A stretch of 56,050 nt of DNA, the filler included, from Basidiobolus ranarum (lineage: Eukaryota), in assembly GCA_040143965.1 (NCBI GenBank). It is 3 parts of 3 records of this genome, joined end to end, with 100 filler letters (N's around TTAATTAATTAA, not from the genome) between each part and the next. Parts side by side here need not be neighbours in the genome. Positions count along the whole stretch, not along the records: positions 1 to 18,675 come from JASJQH010007146.1; 2 more parts are not named here. One strand, 5' to 3'. Made by a program: the position numbers and the translations under genes. The notes beneath the pieces are model-generated. The model did not search any database and had not been told where the DNA came from. It was given only the letters and a program-made list of their open reading frames with translations. Shown piece by piece: positions 1 through 12,879 of this stretch. The stretch's first letter is position 1. Every line of letters starts with the position of its first letter.

Positions 1-334
1 GGAGCCTGTTGGAAGTGGTTTGGAGAATTAGAGGAATTGGTGGTTTTCACTTATTGATTTATTGAGTAGAAAGTTGACATTTATATTTTTGTCAAGATGT
101 AAACAAACTAATCTATTGAATATGTTAAGGAAGATCCCAGGAACATGTGTGCAAAGTTTGGGGCTTCTAGCACAAGTTTGAAAAATCTATATATCTGAGA
201 ACTTCTGAGTTGGTAAAAATATTCCAAGTAAATTCCAATTGAGAATAGTTGATAATATCTTAGTGTATTATAAGATAACTAAGTACTAAGCTATATGTGA
301 CTATATAGGTGCTTAGGCAATGCTAATTTCAACA
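1..334 (-). mobile_element. Ty1/copia-type LTR copy, truncated by the window start
   Basis: Closely matches the reverse complement of 1266-1613; terminus ...GCTAATTTCAACA at 334 (TGTTGAAA on minus). Confidence 0.85.
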
Positions 335-470
335 CATTCTACATGTTAGTTTGCTTACATCTTGAAAAAACTATAAATTTCAACTTTCCACCCAATACAT
401 GAACAAGTGAACACTACAAATATCTCTACTTCTGTAAATCACTTCCAACAGGCTCCCAAATACTTTTATA
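335..470 (+). mobile_element. 3' part of an older LTR in the opposite orientation, interrupted by the 1-334 copy
   Basis: CATTCTACATGTTAGTTTGCTTACATCTTG...CACTTCCAACAGGCTCCCAAATACTTT matches 1479-1609. Confidence 0.8.
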
Positions 471-586
471 GCAGCAGCATTAGGATTATAATTTAATAAA
501 TGTATTAATTCGTTCTATCCAATGTTTCCAAAGAGGGTAAAGTTCCAGAAAGTAGGGAAGTAGATATTACAGGCAGTGTAAGCTTG

Positions 587-598
587 GGGCCCATAACC
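587..598 (-). promoter_or_regulatory. Retrotransposon primer-binding site GGTTATGGGCCC (copia/Ty5 type, internal initiator tRNA-Met)
   Basis: Minus-strand GGTTATGGGCCC lies directly 3' of the 599-944 LTR end and matches the known Drosophila copia PBS and near-identical yeast Ty5 PBS. Confidence 0.8.
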
Positions 599-944
599 CA
601 TCAATATATTTTGGGAGCCTGTTAGAAGTGGTTTGGACAAATAGAGAAATTAGTAGTTTTTGACTTACTGATTTATGAATCAGAAGGTTGACATTTATAG
701 TTTTGTCTAAATATAAACAAACAAACATGTAGAATGTGTTAAGGAAGGTCCTAGGAACATGTGTGCAATGGTTGGGGCTTCTAGCACAAGTTTGAAAGTT
801 ATATATATGAGAAATTCTAAGTTATAAAGTATTTCAAGTACATTCTGTTTGAAAATATTGGGTGATATCTTAGTAGAATATAGGATAACTAAAACCTAAG
901 CTATACATGACTATATAGGTTTTTAGGCAATGCTGAATTCAACA
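599..944 (-). mobile_element. Ty1/copia 5' LTR (followed by PBS)
   Basis: Full-length diverged copy of the repeat; starts TGTTGAA at 944 on minus; PBS adjacent. Confidence 0.85.
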
Positions 945-1251
945 GTTTCATGAGGATTTCCTATGCATTTCTGGCATGGTCAGCATATCTGACTAGCATA
1001 AGTTGCTATGATCCCAGTCTTACATAACTCTGTATTTTTCTTTAAATGTTACCCAGACTTCTTTGTTTCAGTTTCAAAATCTGTAATTTCTTTTTCAGAG
1101 GTTTCTTCTTCTTTATCTGGTTGAACTACTTCCAAGACATGTTTCCCTTCAAGTACAAGTTGCATCTTGAACTTGCATTCATGTAAACCTTCCCATTGAA
1201 TGTTGAAATATTAGTAATCTCCATTTGGGCAGAAGACTCTAACTCACTCAT
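945..1251 (-). pseudogene. Degenerate copia gag N-terminus (DUF4219/UBN2-like)
   Basis: Minus strand reads ISTFNGK/..HECKFKMQLVLEGKHVLEVV and QLMLVRYADHARNA*EIL, typical copia gag motifs with a frameshift and a TGG>TAG stop. Confidence 0.7.
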
Positions 1252-1265
1252 TGCTACCATGTTGG

Positions 1266-1613
1266 TGTTGAAATTAGCATTGCCTAAACACCTATATAGT
1301 CACATATAGCTTAGTACTTAGCTATCTTATAGTCCACTAAGATATTATCCATTATTCTCAGTTGGAATTTACTTGGAATATTTTTAACAACTTAGAAGTT
1401 CTCAAATATATAGATTTTTCAAACTTGTGCTAGAGGCCCCAACCTGTGCACACATGTTCCTGGGATCTTTGTTAACACATTCTACATGTTAGTTTGCTTA
1501 CATCTTGACTAAACTATAAATGTCAACTTTCTACTCAATAAATCAATAAGTGAAAACCACCAATTTCTCTAATTCTCCAAACCACTTCCAACAGGCTCCC
1601 AAATACTTTAACA
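1266..1613 (+). mobile_element. Complete Ty1/copia LTR (348 bp)
   Basis: TGTTGAAA...CTTTAACA termini (TG..CA, short inverted repeat), internal AATAAA near 1537; no matching TSD (GTTGG vs GGATC). Confidence 0.85.
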
Positions 1614-3057
1614 GGATCTTCACTTAATAGGGATCTGTATATTAGAAGCAACTTTTGACAATGTTTTAGTTGTTTTGCTCTTAAGAGAATATGGTGATTA
1701 TATAGCAGAGAAGTAAACCAATTGTTTGAGATATTATACAGGAATTTGTGTAATAAGATATAATAGATAAGTGAGGGTAATAAGACATACTGGTTACATG
1801 AATGAATATAGATATATTCCTAATTAGAATATAGGGGCCATAGGTACATTGCTATCTTTTTCAGATATTTGTATCATAACTAAAGTTAACTAAGATGTTG
1901 AATAGAGATTAATTATCCAACAAAAACAAGCCAGGCAATCCATTCAAGAGCTCTGGTTGATCAAATCTACAAAGAAGCAAAATATATATGAGCTAATATG
2001 AGCTCATCAGCAGTCAATGACAAGACTAGATTATATTGGTATTGAATGATTAAAAGTAACTTTCTCAGAAATGTTTACGAGCTTTAGAAGTATACTCATA
2101 TATAATATCTGAAATATGGCAAAATAGATTTTAATATGGAGGGCTCCACTTGAAATCAGGGAGAATGACGATGATAAAGTAAGTTAAGTGATCTATAAAA
2201 AAAATGCCATTACGCGAATATAAATGAAATATTGTTGGATTTATAAACATGATGCGAGGTCACGAAAGCACTTTAAAAATAGTGGAGATAATGGAACGAC
2301 CAAGTGCTAAGAGTCCGACTCAGAAGTAAACCCAAGGTTCTTAAAGTCGTCTTTGGTCATCAGATCCCTGTAACAAGAAGGGTTAGCTGGGTGGAGAATA
2401 AAGTAAGTGTCGAATATTGGATAAACCTTTCCATGCGACACTTCAAGTATGCTTTGGATAGATCTCGACAAGCTCCATTGACAGCTTTATTTTGCTTTAG
2501 ACATTCCATATATTCCATCATGGCTTCCTTACATTCTCCTGGTAAATGCTCGTGTTAACTATAGTGAATGTGGACAAGGTTAAGTGGATCACCGTACCTT
2601 CATGATCCAGTGGGAAACTGCCACGATCTGGTGGGCTAGCGTTGAAGCTGAAGGTGTTGGGTGGACCACCGAAAGACATTTAGGAAGAGGAGAGTAGCGA
2701 CGATAGAGAAAATATGTCAACTAAGATGGTAGTACCAAGTACACTACAAGTAAAAGGGAAAATCGAAGGCCGAGAACTAGCGTAGAAATCAACTTTTGAC
2801 AATTGGGTAATTGCGGGCAATTTTGTGGCACAAATCGTGATTCAAATGGGGTCAGGGTCTTCTAGAAGAGAGCTTTGATTTGCAATAGGTTAATCATACT
2901 AAACCATCGGTAACCAAAGCTCCATGATTAAGCATGGATTTTAGCGCAATAAAGTGCTTTAACAATTTCTTATTTAGTGCAATTCATGAGATTTGTGTAA
3001 TTCATCTCTTCTCTCACCATTAGGATTGCGATACTTTCCTTACCCAACCTTAGAAGT

Positions 3058-6000
3058 ATGTCACTTTCCAAAAGGCAAGAGGAAAGACACCTCAGGTATT
3101 TTGACTTGTTGATTCCAGTATTTTTTGGCCTAAACCGTAGTGTTCCATACATCGACTGAATCCTTTACCTTTTAAACTATTCAGAGTGATTAGAGAGCTT
3201 TTAAAGCTTCCTGAAAATAAAAAATGTTTCGATTGTCCCGCCAAGGTTTTTTCTCTTTGTTCACTTCTTTCGTGGATAGAAAATAACTTTTATTCCGGAA
3301 AAATCAAAACTATAGTCTCCTGTTTACGTAAATCTGATGAATAACTCATTTATCTGCGCACAATGTTCTGGATTACAGTAAGAAGAAACCATTCTTCTAC
3401 AAGACCTCCTTTGTTATCTTGCTAAAAGACATTATTTAGTCGTGAGCTAAGTCATCGAGTAAAATCTTTGTCTGCTTCCACCTTCACTACCAGTGAAGTA
3501 ACCGCCCTTAAAGAGGGAGGAAATTTGGTAACTATTTGTATGTTTCCCCTCGCTTGCATATAGCTTCTCATCAAAGTTCTACAGAAAGCCGGCAAGATTT
3601 GGTTGGCAAAACTGACACCACAGGATGTGATTCCTGATCTGACTAAAGCCGAGGGAGTCAGAAAGTTTATGCGTCAAAAATACGTCGAGAAGCGCTACTT
3701 GGATAAAGAGGCTTTCTCTGTATTAAAGAAGAATCAGAGCCTTGAAAGCCTTACGGTATATATTCAGCAAAATCTATTTATTAAGCTAGGATTGTTAGAG
3801 TAATATATGATATTTCGTTAAATGTAGGGATCCGATGGGAAATCTTCATATAGCTCACCTTCTACCAGTGCCATTTCACTTGGACAACTTGGAAGTATCT
3901 CGTCTCCTCCAACGACTTTGCGTGGAAGACGAGGCTCCATTAAAATTGATTATCCTGCCTTTGCAGTATCAGCCGGTTCGGATACTGCTGCATATTCCCC
4001 CAAATTGGACAGTCAAGTCCCAGTTTCTCATAACATTGATTCAGTTATTATGGATTCGACACAAGATGATTTTACCCGGGCTTTTGGTAATTTGAGTGTA
4101 ATACCCGAAGGATTGAAGAGTAATGCAGGACAGGTGCAGTAGAATTCAGCAAAAGACATTCTATCAAGTTTATTGACATTCAACTCTTTTTATAGACGAG
4201 CCAACCTAACAACCAACCTAATCACCAACCTAATCACCAACCCAACAACCAACCTAAAGCCACTTTCAATGACATTTTCTCCGATTCGTTGTATGGACCT
4301 ACTTCAAACCCTCCTCCTCCTCTTCCTCCAGCTCAAGGCATCTCGACTAGCTCGATGTTTGATCAGACATTCCTATTGGGTGAACAAGGGAGAACCAACA
4401 GTCTGCCAATTGCTGCATCTTCTGCTGGGATAAGCTCCTTTGATGATATATTTCAAGGATATGCCTCACCACAGCCTGAACAGCATTCTCAACAAAATCT
4501 TTACGCGCTGAAACGCTCCGAAACCGCGCCCGCTCAAAGTAAGTTTAATATGATAATTACGATATTTACATCTGTGTCTGTGCCCGTGTCCCTAACTTTT
4601 CATCATAGCTGGTTCCTACTTGCCGTATGGCTCAAACGACTTGTTGCACAACCTTGCTCCAGCTAAACCACAAAATGAATTCATCACGAACTTCAATCCT
4701 CAAACTATTGGTAAGCGACAGGGCTTCTGAGAAAATGAATCCCATCCAGTGCTAACATCTATTTCCAGCAAAAGAGCAGCATCCTGCTACTCAAAATCCC
4801 AACCCTAGTGACCCCTTCGATGGCTTTTTCGATCATCGACCAAGCCCTCAACCACACACCCAGCCATCCACTACTGATAGCTTTGATATTCTATTCGGAC
4901 TTACAAGCAGCGCTCCCCATGCACCAACTACTGTGATTGATTATCCACCCTCAAATGGCCACACTTCTATGGCTATGGTTGAAAACAAGAGAAACAGGAA
5001 CTCTCTCACTCAATTCCTACATCGCTCACCTCCAACATCAAGCAATCAAGCTATGGATGATTTTCTTTCTGAATTCTCTAGTGGGCCAACCGAACAGCCA
5101 TACAATAATTCGACATCAACTAACCTTTTTTCTGAATCGGTCGCTAATCCCTCAAAATCCCAGCCATTCGATGATTTCTCATTTGCATTGGACAAAGGAT
5201 TTAGCACTACTACAAGTCAACAATCAAGCTACAACCCACTAGCATCACTTGCTTTCCCTCCAAGCTCATTATCGGGTAATTCTCTTGGACAACCCATGCT
5301 AAAGAGTAATGAGAATTTGGGACAAACCATCTACGGTTCGAATACTAATTACCGTCAACAAAGCCCGTCATATTTACCCACCACCACACCCAACATTAAT
5401 TCCAATTCAATCGAGCCATTCCCAAGTAACTCGGCAAAGCCTAATCCATTTAGCTCTCCTCTTTCACAGTCGATGAATGCTTTTGGAAGAAGTTCGACAC
5501 TTCCAACTACCTCTGAAACTAGTCAATCCCCTTTCATGAGACCTAATAATTCTAATTTAACCAACACTTCCCCACACTCCTTTCAAAGTAGCCCGCCTTC
5601 TTTGACCTCTCCACCTTTAAGAAAGGAATCCCCATTCATGCAACCCTTTGCTTCCAAATCTTATTCACCTTCAACCTCGAGTCCTTTGTCACCAAACTCA
5701 GTAGGCACAAATCCATTCGCCTCTAATAGCGAGGCTCCCGTCAATACTCCACCGAATCGTTCCCCAAATGGGATTAACCCTTTTGGTCTTCAAGGAAGAA
5801 ACACGAATGAAAAGAATCTCGTATCTTCAAGTAAGAAGTTTATAAAGATGGAAACCAAAGAAGATTCAACTAACTTTACCCCCCCCTTCTTTGTAGGCTC
5901 TGTATTTGGCAACCGAACAAATAATACTTTTGGTACCTCTTCTGGTTCGGCTTCTCCTTCCTCAAACCAACAACCCTCCAATAGCTTTCTGGATGAGCTA

Positions 6001-6069
6001 AACCCATTAAAGAAGAATTCTAATTTTGGTGGGGCTTCTTTCAATAATGAAAATAAGTGGTATCATTGA
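3058..6069 (+). CDS. ArfGAP-domain protein with NPF motifs (AGFG1/HRB-like), multi-exon
   Basis: Spliced exons read MSLSKRQEERHLR/VIRELLKLPENKKCFDCPAK/SPVYVNLMNNSFICAQCSGLH/RELSHRVKSLSASTFT..GGN: the CxxC-x16-CxxC-x4-R ArfGAP zinc finger. S/P/N-rich tail with three NPF motifs; GT-AG introns. Confidence 0.9.
4201..4258 (+). repeat. 12-bp coding tandem repeat (QPNN/QPNH x4-5)
   Basis: CCAACCTAACAA/CCAACCTAATCA units inside an ArfGAP exon. Confidence 0.85.
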
Positions 6070-7175
6070 GGGAACTGGGAATTGTGGAACATTTGTTTGC
6101 TTGGCTTTGTTGTATCCCATAAACACATCAACACTTGACGTTCTTTTCTTTCTAATTCAGTTCTTACCAAATATAATAAAACCTATTATAACGTAATAAA
6201 AGGGATTTCTATCCATTCTAACTATATATATATAGGAGTCATATTGGTCATGAGATAGGGAGAAAGAAGTACAGTTTCATCATTTCTATGGATAGTAATG
6301 TACCGTTTCGTAATCTATTTATCGGAATCTAAATCCAGTTTCATCATCTCTATTCATCGGAATGAGGGAAAATTCCGATACTTTTCGTCATTATGGTAAT
6401 AGTGATGCATATTTATGATGGTGATTTGATCATATAGGGATTAAATTGTTCCATAATATATATAGATTACTGATCTGGATCTGTCACAAGAACAATGGTC
6501 ACGGAAGTATAATAACTGACCCATCACGTGAGGCCACCCTTGGGTGAAACATTAGGAAACTCTTTATGGGCTAGGACCACGATCATGGCTACGGCTACGA
6601 GTTTCGCCACCGCCGTCCAGAACGGAAATAGGAGGAAAGTGAAGCAAACAGGGACACGCACTTGGAAACGCACTGAAAGGTGGGCTTTACAATGCACGGG
6701 GTAAAAGGAGATAGCTAGCGTGAGAAGAGTGCTTCTCAGAAGTCCATCTACATAGCCTTGCTTTTCATGCCAAGGGAAATTCCCGTTTTAAGAGTGGACC
6801 AAATGGGGGGGGGCAATAAAAAAAGAAATAGGTCGATTTACGCCTCTACATTTCAAAACTCTACCAACTGTGTCACTGAAGGCTGAATTTGGGAAAATCG
6901 TCTCACTGATCATTAATCCATATTTTTCACTCCGATTTCCCTTCTCTTTCCTGACTATTTGTGAGAGGAAATTTTGAACCTACCTTTATATTTTACTCTC
7001 TTCTCCTTTGGTTAGCACACTGCCCCCTCTTTATTGTATACACTCGCGCTTCATTTACTTGGCTAGCCTTTACTTTACTTTACTTTCTCAACTTAACCTA
7101 GCTTGGAGAGTGAATAGATTGTACACTTTCTTACCTTTTTGTATACTAGAGAAGTTTTTTTATTTTCGTTCACAT

Positions 7176-8614
7176 ATGAGTGTCAATAAGTATGGTTCCA
7201 GTGGTACTTTTAACCCAAGTACTACTTTACCTTGGTCATACTTCACACTTTCACTTTCACTGTTACTCTGTTTACCCAGTGTTGAAGCTCATGACCCCAC
7301 TACTACTGCGTGGGTTATTTCATTATCGGTGGTTGGAGCACTCTTATTGCTGATAATTTTATTTATCACAATTCGTAGTAAACTATTATCGTTTAGTGCA
7401 TACAGAGCTATTCAATTGAATAACGAAGAGACAGATGTCCTTCCTGACATTGATTACGATCTGGTAAATAGAAGGTCTAGCTCCTGGACGGAAGAAGAAC
7501 GTCAGTCTTTCGAATTATCCCGTGCGTTTGAAGAAGCTAACCCACCTGGTAGTCTATCCTATGAACTCACCACGGAACAAGGTGCCCTTATCAGAGAAAA
7601 GGGAGTGGCGGCTTGGGAGTTTGAAAGCAACTCTGAAGTGAATGTTATCGTTCAAGATAAAACTGAAGTGGCCTTCTATGGTGGTGAATATTGTGTTCAA
7701 ACGAATTTACCCTTACCTAGACGTGAAGCAGTTTATTATTTTGAAGTGAAAATGTTTGAAAAACCTGAAGATACTTCAGTTGGAATTGGTATTGCTACTA
7801 AACCATTCCCATCTTGGCGTTTTCCAGGTAAAATAATGATTTATTGAGGATTAAATGGACTTCTTGCATCTTATTAATAAGTTATTTGATTCTTGGTTTA
7901 GGACGTAATAGACATTCCGTTGGTTATCACTCAAATGGAAGGAAATACTGTAATGATCCATTGAAAGGAAAAGCTTATGGTATTCCTTTCCATGAAGGAG
8001 ATGTGATCGGATGTGGTTATCGCCCTCAATCGGGTACCATTTTCTTCACACGTAATGGGGTTAGACTAGGGAATGCTGCGGCAGGGGTTCATCTAAATAT
8101 TTTCCCAACCATTGCCGCCAATGGACCATGTAACCTTCAAGTTAACTTTGGACAACTTGGGTTCGTATTTATTGAAGCTAACGTAAAGAAATGGGGACTT
8201 GCACCTACCATAGGAAATCTTTCACCACCACCAGCATATGGTATAGAACGGGATTCTGTATTATTACAATCTGGAAGTAACCTCACTGAAGAACAACTCA
8301 TCTCTTTTCGGCTGTCACTATCTAACCCAGAGATTCGAAAAACTCACTATCAACATACTGGAAATGAAGTGTTCATAGGTCAGGGAAGTTCTTTGGGCTC
8401 TCAGAGAGATCTCTTGTCTTTGATCACTTATGATTCGGACTCGGAGGATGGTCATACTTCAGACTCTACTCAAGTGACGATTGATATTCCTGCTGAACAT
8501 ACTCTTTCTACTGGATTATCCCAACCTCCAGCTTATACGGAAATGGAGCATTATATGATGAACTCTGAGCAGCTTATAGATATCACCATACCAAGTGAAA
8601 GTAATACCGAATAA
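7176..8614 (+). CDS. Membrane SPRY-domain Rsp5 adaptor (Ssh4/Ear1-like), intron ~7828-7900
   Basis: Signal and TM segments; SPRY motifs (CVQTNLPLP, YYFEVKM, GDVIGCGYRP, FFTRNG); two PPAY motifs. Confidence 0.88.
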
Positions 8615-9054
8615 TGGTGATTTATTGACTATGACTATCACATATCCCCCCTCTCCTTTAACTACACTATTTCCTTCATCATCTGTACGAAAATTGACTC
8701 GAATGTATATGTTACCTTCGTCAAACACTCCTTCCATGTAATCTATAGTTTTTACATATCTTTTCTTTCTTTCCCTTCTGCTCCCCTCCCCTTCCCATCC
8801 CTCTCATCTCCTTTCCCTCAACATTGATTTGTCCATGAACTAGTCAATTTGTTGACTGTATATTTGGAATTAAATGAAAAGTCCTATTTGTTCAATTACA
8901 TATCCATCCCTTTCCCTTTTTTTCATTGGTACAAGTACAATTAGGAAAACCATTTACTTACTAATAATATATTGAATATTTTAAATAGGATTTGAAATCA
9001 TTGTAGCTTATTCAAGACTTTATTTTGGTATATAACTTGGATTCATTCTAATCT

Positions 9055-10599
9055 TTATTCCTGATTCTTTTCTTCCCTAGGCTTGGCACTACCGAAGGGG
9101 CTAGGTCTATTAGTGGGTCGACTGGTTCTCCAGTTATCAGCATTATCACTGAATGAAGGAGCGGGTGCTTCTCTTCTACGAGGAGCAGAGTTCCACTTGC
9201 CACCTTCTTCCTCACCTTCACGGCGACGATTCTCAAAGTTGCTCTTGAAGGTACCGTTAGAACCCCAGCTGGTGTCTCCACGTCTTTCGAAGCTACGTTC
9301 AGGTCTCTCAGTTCTTTCGGTTCTATCTTGGAAAGCTCCACGAGATCCCCAGCTAGTATCTCCACGTCTTTCAAATCCACCACGTTCTTCTCTTTCAGGT
9401 CTATCACGACCGAATCCACCACGGGATGATCCGAAGGTTGAACGAGGTTCAGCGGGGCCTTCACGTCTCCAGTTACGTTCTTCAGGACGGTCACGGGCTG
9501 TAAGAGGAAATAGACACGTAAGTTCTAAATCGAATCAACCATTCCTTACTATCATTATTTCAAATAACTTACGAGGATCAGCAACGTTAACACGAACAGC
9601 ACGGTTATTGAGGCTAGATCCATTCTTCTCGAGTGCCTTAACTAATGATTCACGATCGTCGAATTCAACATAACCGAAACCCTTGGGCTTATCATCCATT
9701 TTGTCACGAACCAATCTAACACTAGCGACCTATGAATACGTATCATACGTGGTTAATAAGATCTCTCATACAACAATATAATCTTCGACTTTGTCATACC
9801 TTGGAACCAGCAAAGAAATCTTCAATGTCAGCATCAATCAAGTCAAAAGGCAAATTGCCAATATAAGCAGTGAATGGAGCAACATCGGGGATCTCTTGTG
9901 GACCACGCTGAGGTCTTTCAGGTCTGTCCATACCAGAGCGTTCTGTGTAAAATATAGATTATCAGATGGATTCCCCTCAATGATGAAATCAACCACCTAC
10001 CACCAAATCCTCCACGACTGCCAAAGGCACCGCCCTCTCTTCTACTATCACTGAAACCACCACGAGGTCTGTCACCTTTGAAAGTGAAGGAAACAAGAAT
10101 TTAAGATACATGTTGCCAAATTTTGTTCAAAGGAATTATATTTGTAATACCATCGGCAGCGGAAGCGGAAGCAGCTATATTAATAAAAAAATGCTGATTA
10201 GTTTTACTATTTCGAGGTGAAAGCATTCCAATAAGAAAAATATGATTTCTTATTAATAAAGTGAAATAAATACGTACGAGCAGATGGGAGTTCAGCCATC
10301 TCATCAGCCCAAGAACCGGTATCTAAGCGAAGTAGATAATTTTGTAAATACGTGCTCGCTTGATTATTTCTAGTAAAAAGTAAAAAAATATACTTTGATC
10401 GTTCAAGAAATCGGCGAGGGAAACCTTTTGTCCCTTATTCTTCTTTTTTCCTTGTGCTTCTCCTACATACATGAAAAACAAGGCATCAGCACAAAATGTC
10501 AGGCAAGGGTGATGTGATATAGGCAGGACTGAGGTCTAGGAAGAAGATCCAACTAAAAGTATTGTCTGTTTAACGGAGGAAAGATAAATACATACCCAT
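9055..10599 (-). CDS. Translation initiation factor eIF4B (Tif3-like), multi-exon
   Basis: KKKNKGQKVSLADFL, GSWADEM, RRM (FTAYIGNLPFD; KPKGFGYVEF), R/G/D/E-rich repeats, C-terminal PFGSAKPRE; ATG-G first coding exon and a 24-nt microexon (~10151-10174). Confidence 0.88.
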
Positions 10600-11429
10600 G
10601 TTTATAAAGAAAGTTGTATGCACTGAGTTGCAAGAGAGGTTTAAACTACGAAATTGTCTTTCTTATGTTGCTAGTTGAGGGCGGGAGGAAAAAAAACGAT
10701 ATTGGTGATAATAATACCTTTTCGATATTCGATTTCGAACCCTTTTTTTTAGATTTCAAATTCAATCTATATTATTCTCTCATTGTTAGAACCAAAAATT
10801 CTCTGAATCGATTTCCTCCAATTAAAATGAACCCTTGCTACTGGATCTCTAGTTAGTCTTCATTGGTCTATTGAAGTATTTGCAAAATATCTCGCTTGGC
10901 CGATGAATCCAACATAAGATTATCAAGTAACAGAAAATCTCACAACCATGATTTAGTGAATAAATGCGAGTAATTGCGAATAAATGCTTGCTAAATTCAT
11001 CTATGTATATTGAGGCATGTTGGACTATTCGCTGTCAGTAAGGGCTGTCAGTAAGCGTGCTGTCTGGAACTATCGTCATAGATGATCCTCCACAGCTATA
11101 TCGAAATTGTTACCAGGTGCGCTATGGACTATGTTGTTGATTTTGACACTCATTGCATCAATTGGACTATTGAACATGATACAAATGCACAGTAAGGTGC
11201 TGGCCTAAAAGATCATCAATTCTGCTTCTCTTACACCTGATCTCTTCACAATATCTACACATACCGCATTTTGAGTTCTCGTCTTAGCTGTAAGTATGTG
11301 TTACTTATTTTCTCGCGAGAAAATTATACTTCGCATAGCTAAAAATGTATAGCTTAGCTCGCCTTACTTTTTGCCCGACCCCCTAACCTCACCCTTTTAA
11401 AAATAGCTATATGGTATCTTTTTAATACC

Positions 11430-11705
11430 CACTTCTGGACTAGAGGGTCTAAAGTGCATTCGAACGCGTAAAAGCAGTCATGCCAGATCCAAAAGTCCGA
11501 AATATTGCTTCACGTTCCATATACCTGATGACTAATTTTTTAGGTTGCTCCTCCAAATTGAAGAAGCCGTCACTGGTAATACCATATTTAGTGGCAGGGA
11601 TCAATGGTTCTCTGGTAGTAATTTCATCAGAATTGGGCTATTTCCTTCAACATGCTACTCGAACCCTCGGTACACCTCCAATTTTTCCTTTTCAAGACCG
11701 TCACT
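11430..11705 (-). pseudogene. Glutathione reductase remnant
   Basis: Minus strand gives GLEKEKLEVYRGF* and ITTREPLIPATKYGITSDGFFNLEEQPKKLVI-RYMEREAIFRTL, collinear with GR motifs; GxGxxG deleted; stops and frameshifts present. Confidence 0.72.
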
Positions 11706-12879
11706 ATTTAACTGTCAGTTATATATATGCTATGTTTATCAGTCAAAACCACCCAAGGAAATATGGGCTTATCGAGGGTTACAATCTCTCGTTTCTTAAG
11801 AAGAAACTGTAAAAAGGTAAATAGTATTAACTTTTTGCTCTAAATGAAGGTTGTGAAGTAACTTCAGTAGCACTCAAGTACAGTTCTTTTGGATGCATAA
11901 TGGAGTTGCGTTCTAAAAGAGAATTTCCAATCAAGTTCACTTTAGTACTATACTTGTGGACAATAAACAAACCTTGACTCTATTTATAGTGTCTTGAGAA
12001 AGAAACGGTTCGACTACGATAAGAACCTGCAGGTGTTGAACTGGTAACATAGTATCGCAATAAGCACCAGATAAAAGATAATTGCGAATGGTTCGCTTTC
12101 AATGCAGCATTGTGGTTACTGATGGTTGAATCGTGATTTAATCCAGATTACTATTGAGTGTTTACTGATTACCGTGATAAAACGGAATTCATACCCAAAT
12201 ACCCATAATAAAGCGGGATCGAAATGGTGTGATAATACATAGTTAGATTAGTGGTCACAGCAGAATAACACCAAAAATGATGCCATAATTGCTTTAAATT
12301 TCGACTGGTTCCCCCACACTGATTCTTCCTGATCTTTACATCTCCACACATCTTACCCTTGATCGGAGTTTTGTTGACGCGAGCTTGTGCATCCCGTCGT
12401 CATAAGTCAGTGGTGGGATTGGAGAGCACGAGAGCGTGAGGTACAATCTTACCAAAACTCCCATAAGTTTCTTTCAGTTTAAATGCATTCATTTGAATAG
12501 ATATTAATGTATTTTGTAAACTACTTTAAACCTAACTCAAGGTCGATGATTGGATCTGAATGGCGCAATATTCTCTTTCAATTAACCATTGCTTCTCAAG
12601 CTATTACAAAAAAACTAATAATAACGAGAAGGGAGACTGGGGGAATGAAAGGGATTCTCTGAGTAAGAACTCGTCATCTCCTGGGTATGCCTCATCGACT
12701 CGGAGATTACTAATGGCTCAAGATCATTAAGCATCAACTCTCATCACACAATCGTTATCTCTGAATCACGCCATTCTTCGTCGTGTTTTGCTAATGGCTA
12801 ACTTGAATAATCTTATAAAAGCTTTTCGATGGACCCCGATATTTTCATAGTTTAACTTTGCATTGCATTCTATATCACA

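Noticed and set aside
1-470. Long inverted repeat suggesting a MITE or hairpin RNA
   Set aside because: Explained by one LTR inserted into another in the opposite orientation; PBS, gag and 5-bp TSDs show an LTR family.
6500-6800. GC-richer intergenic patch as a structured ncRNA
   Set aside because: No recognisable snRNA/snoRNA boxes or convincing stems; likely promoter DNA.
9083-9673. 196-aa plus-strand ORF, and similar antisense ORFs at 26493-27179, 44200-44649, 48470-48872
   Set aside because: Shadows of real genes on the opposite strand; no domain features.
12169-12351. CGGT..LW segment as the N-terminus of the glutathione reductase remnant
   Set aside because: Similarity to LGGTCVNVGCVPKK is too weak to support by eye.
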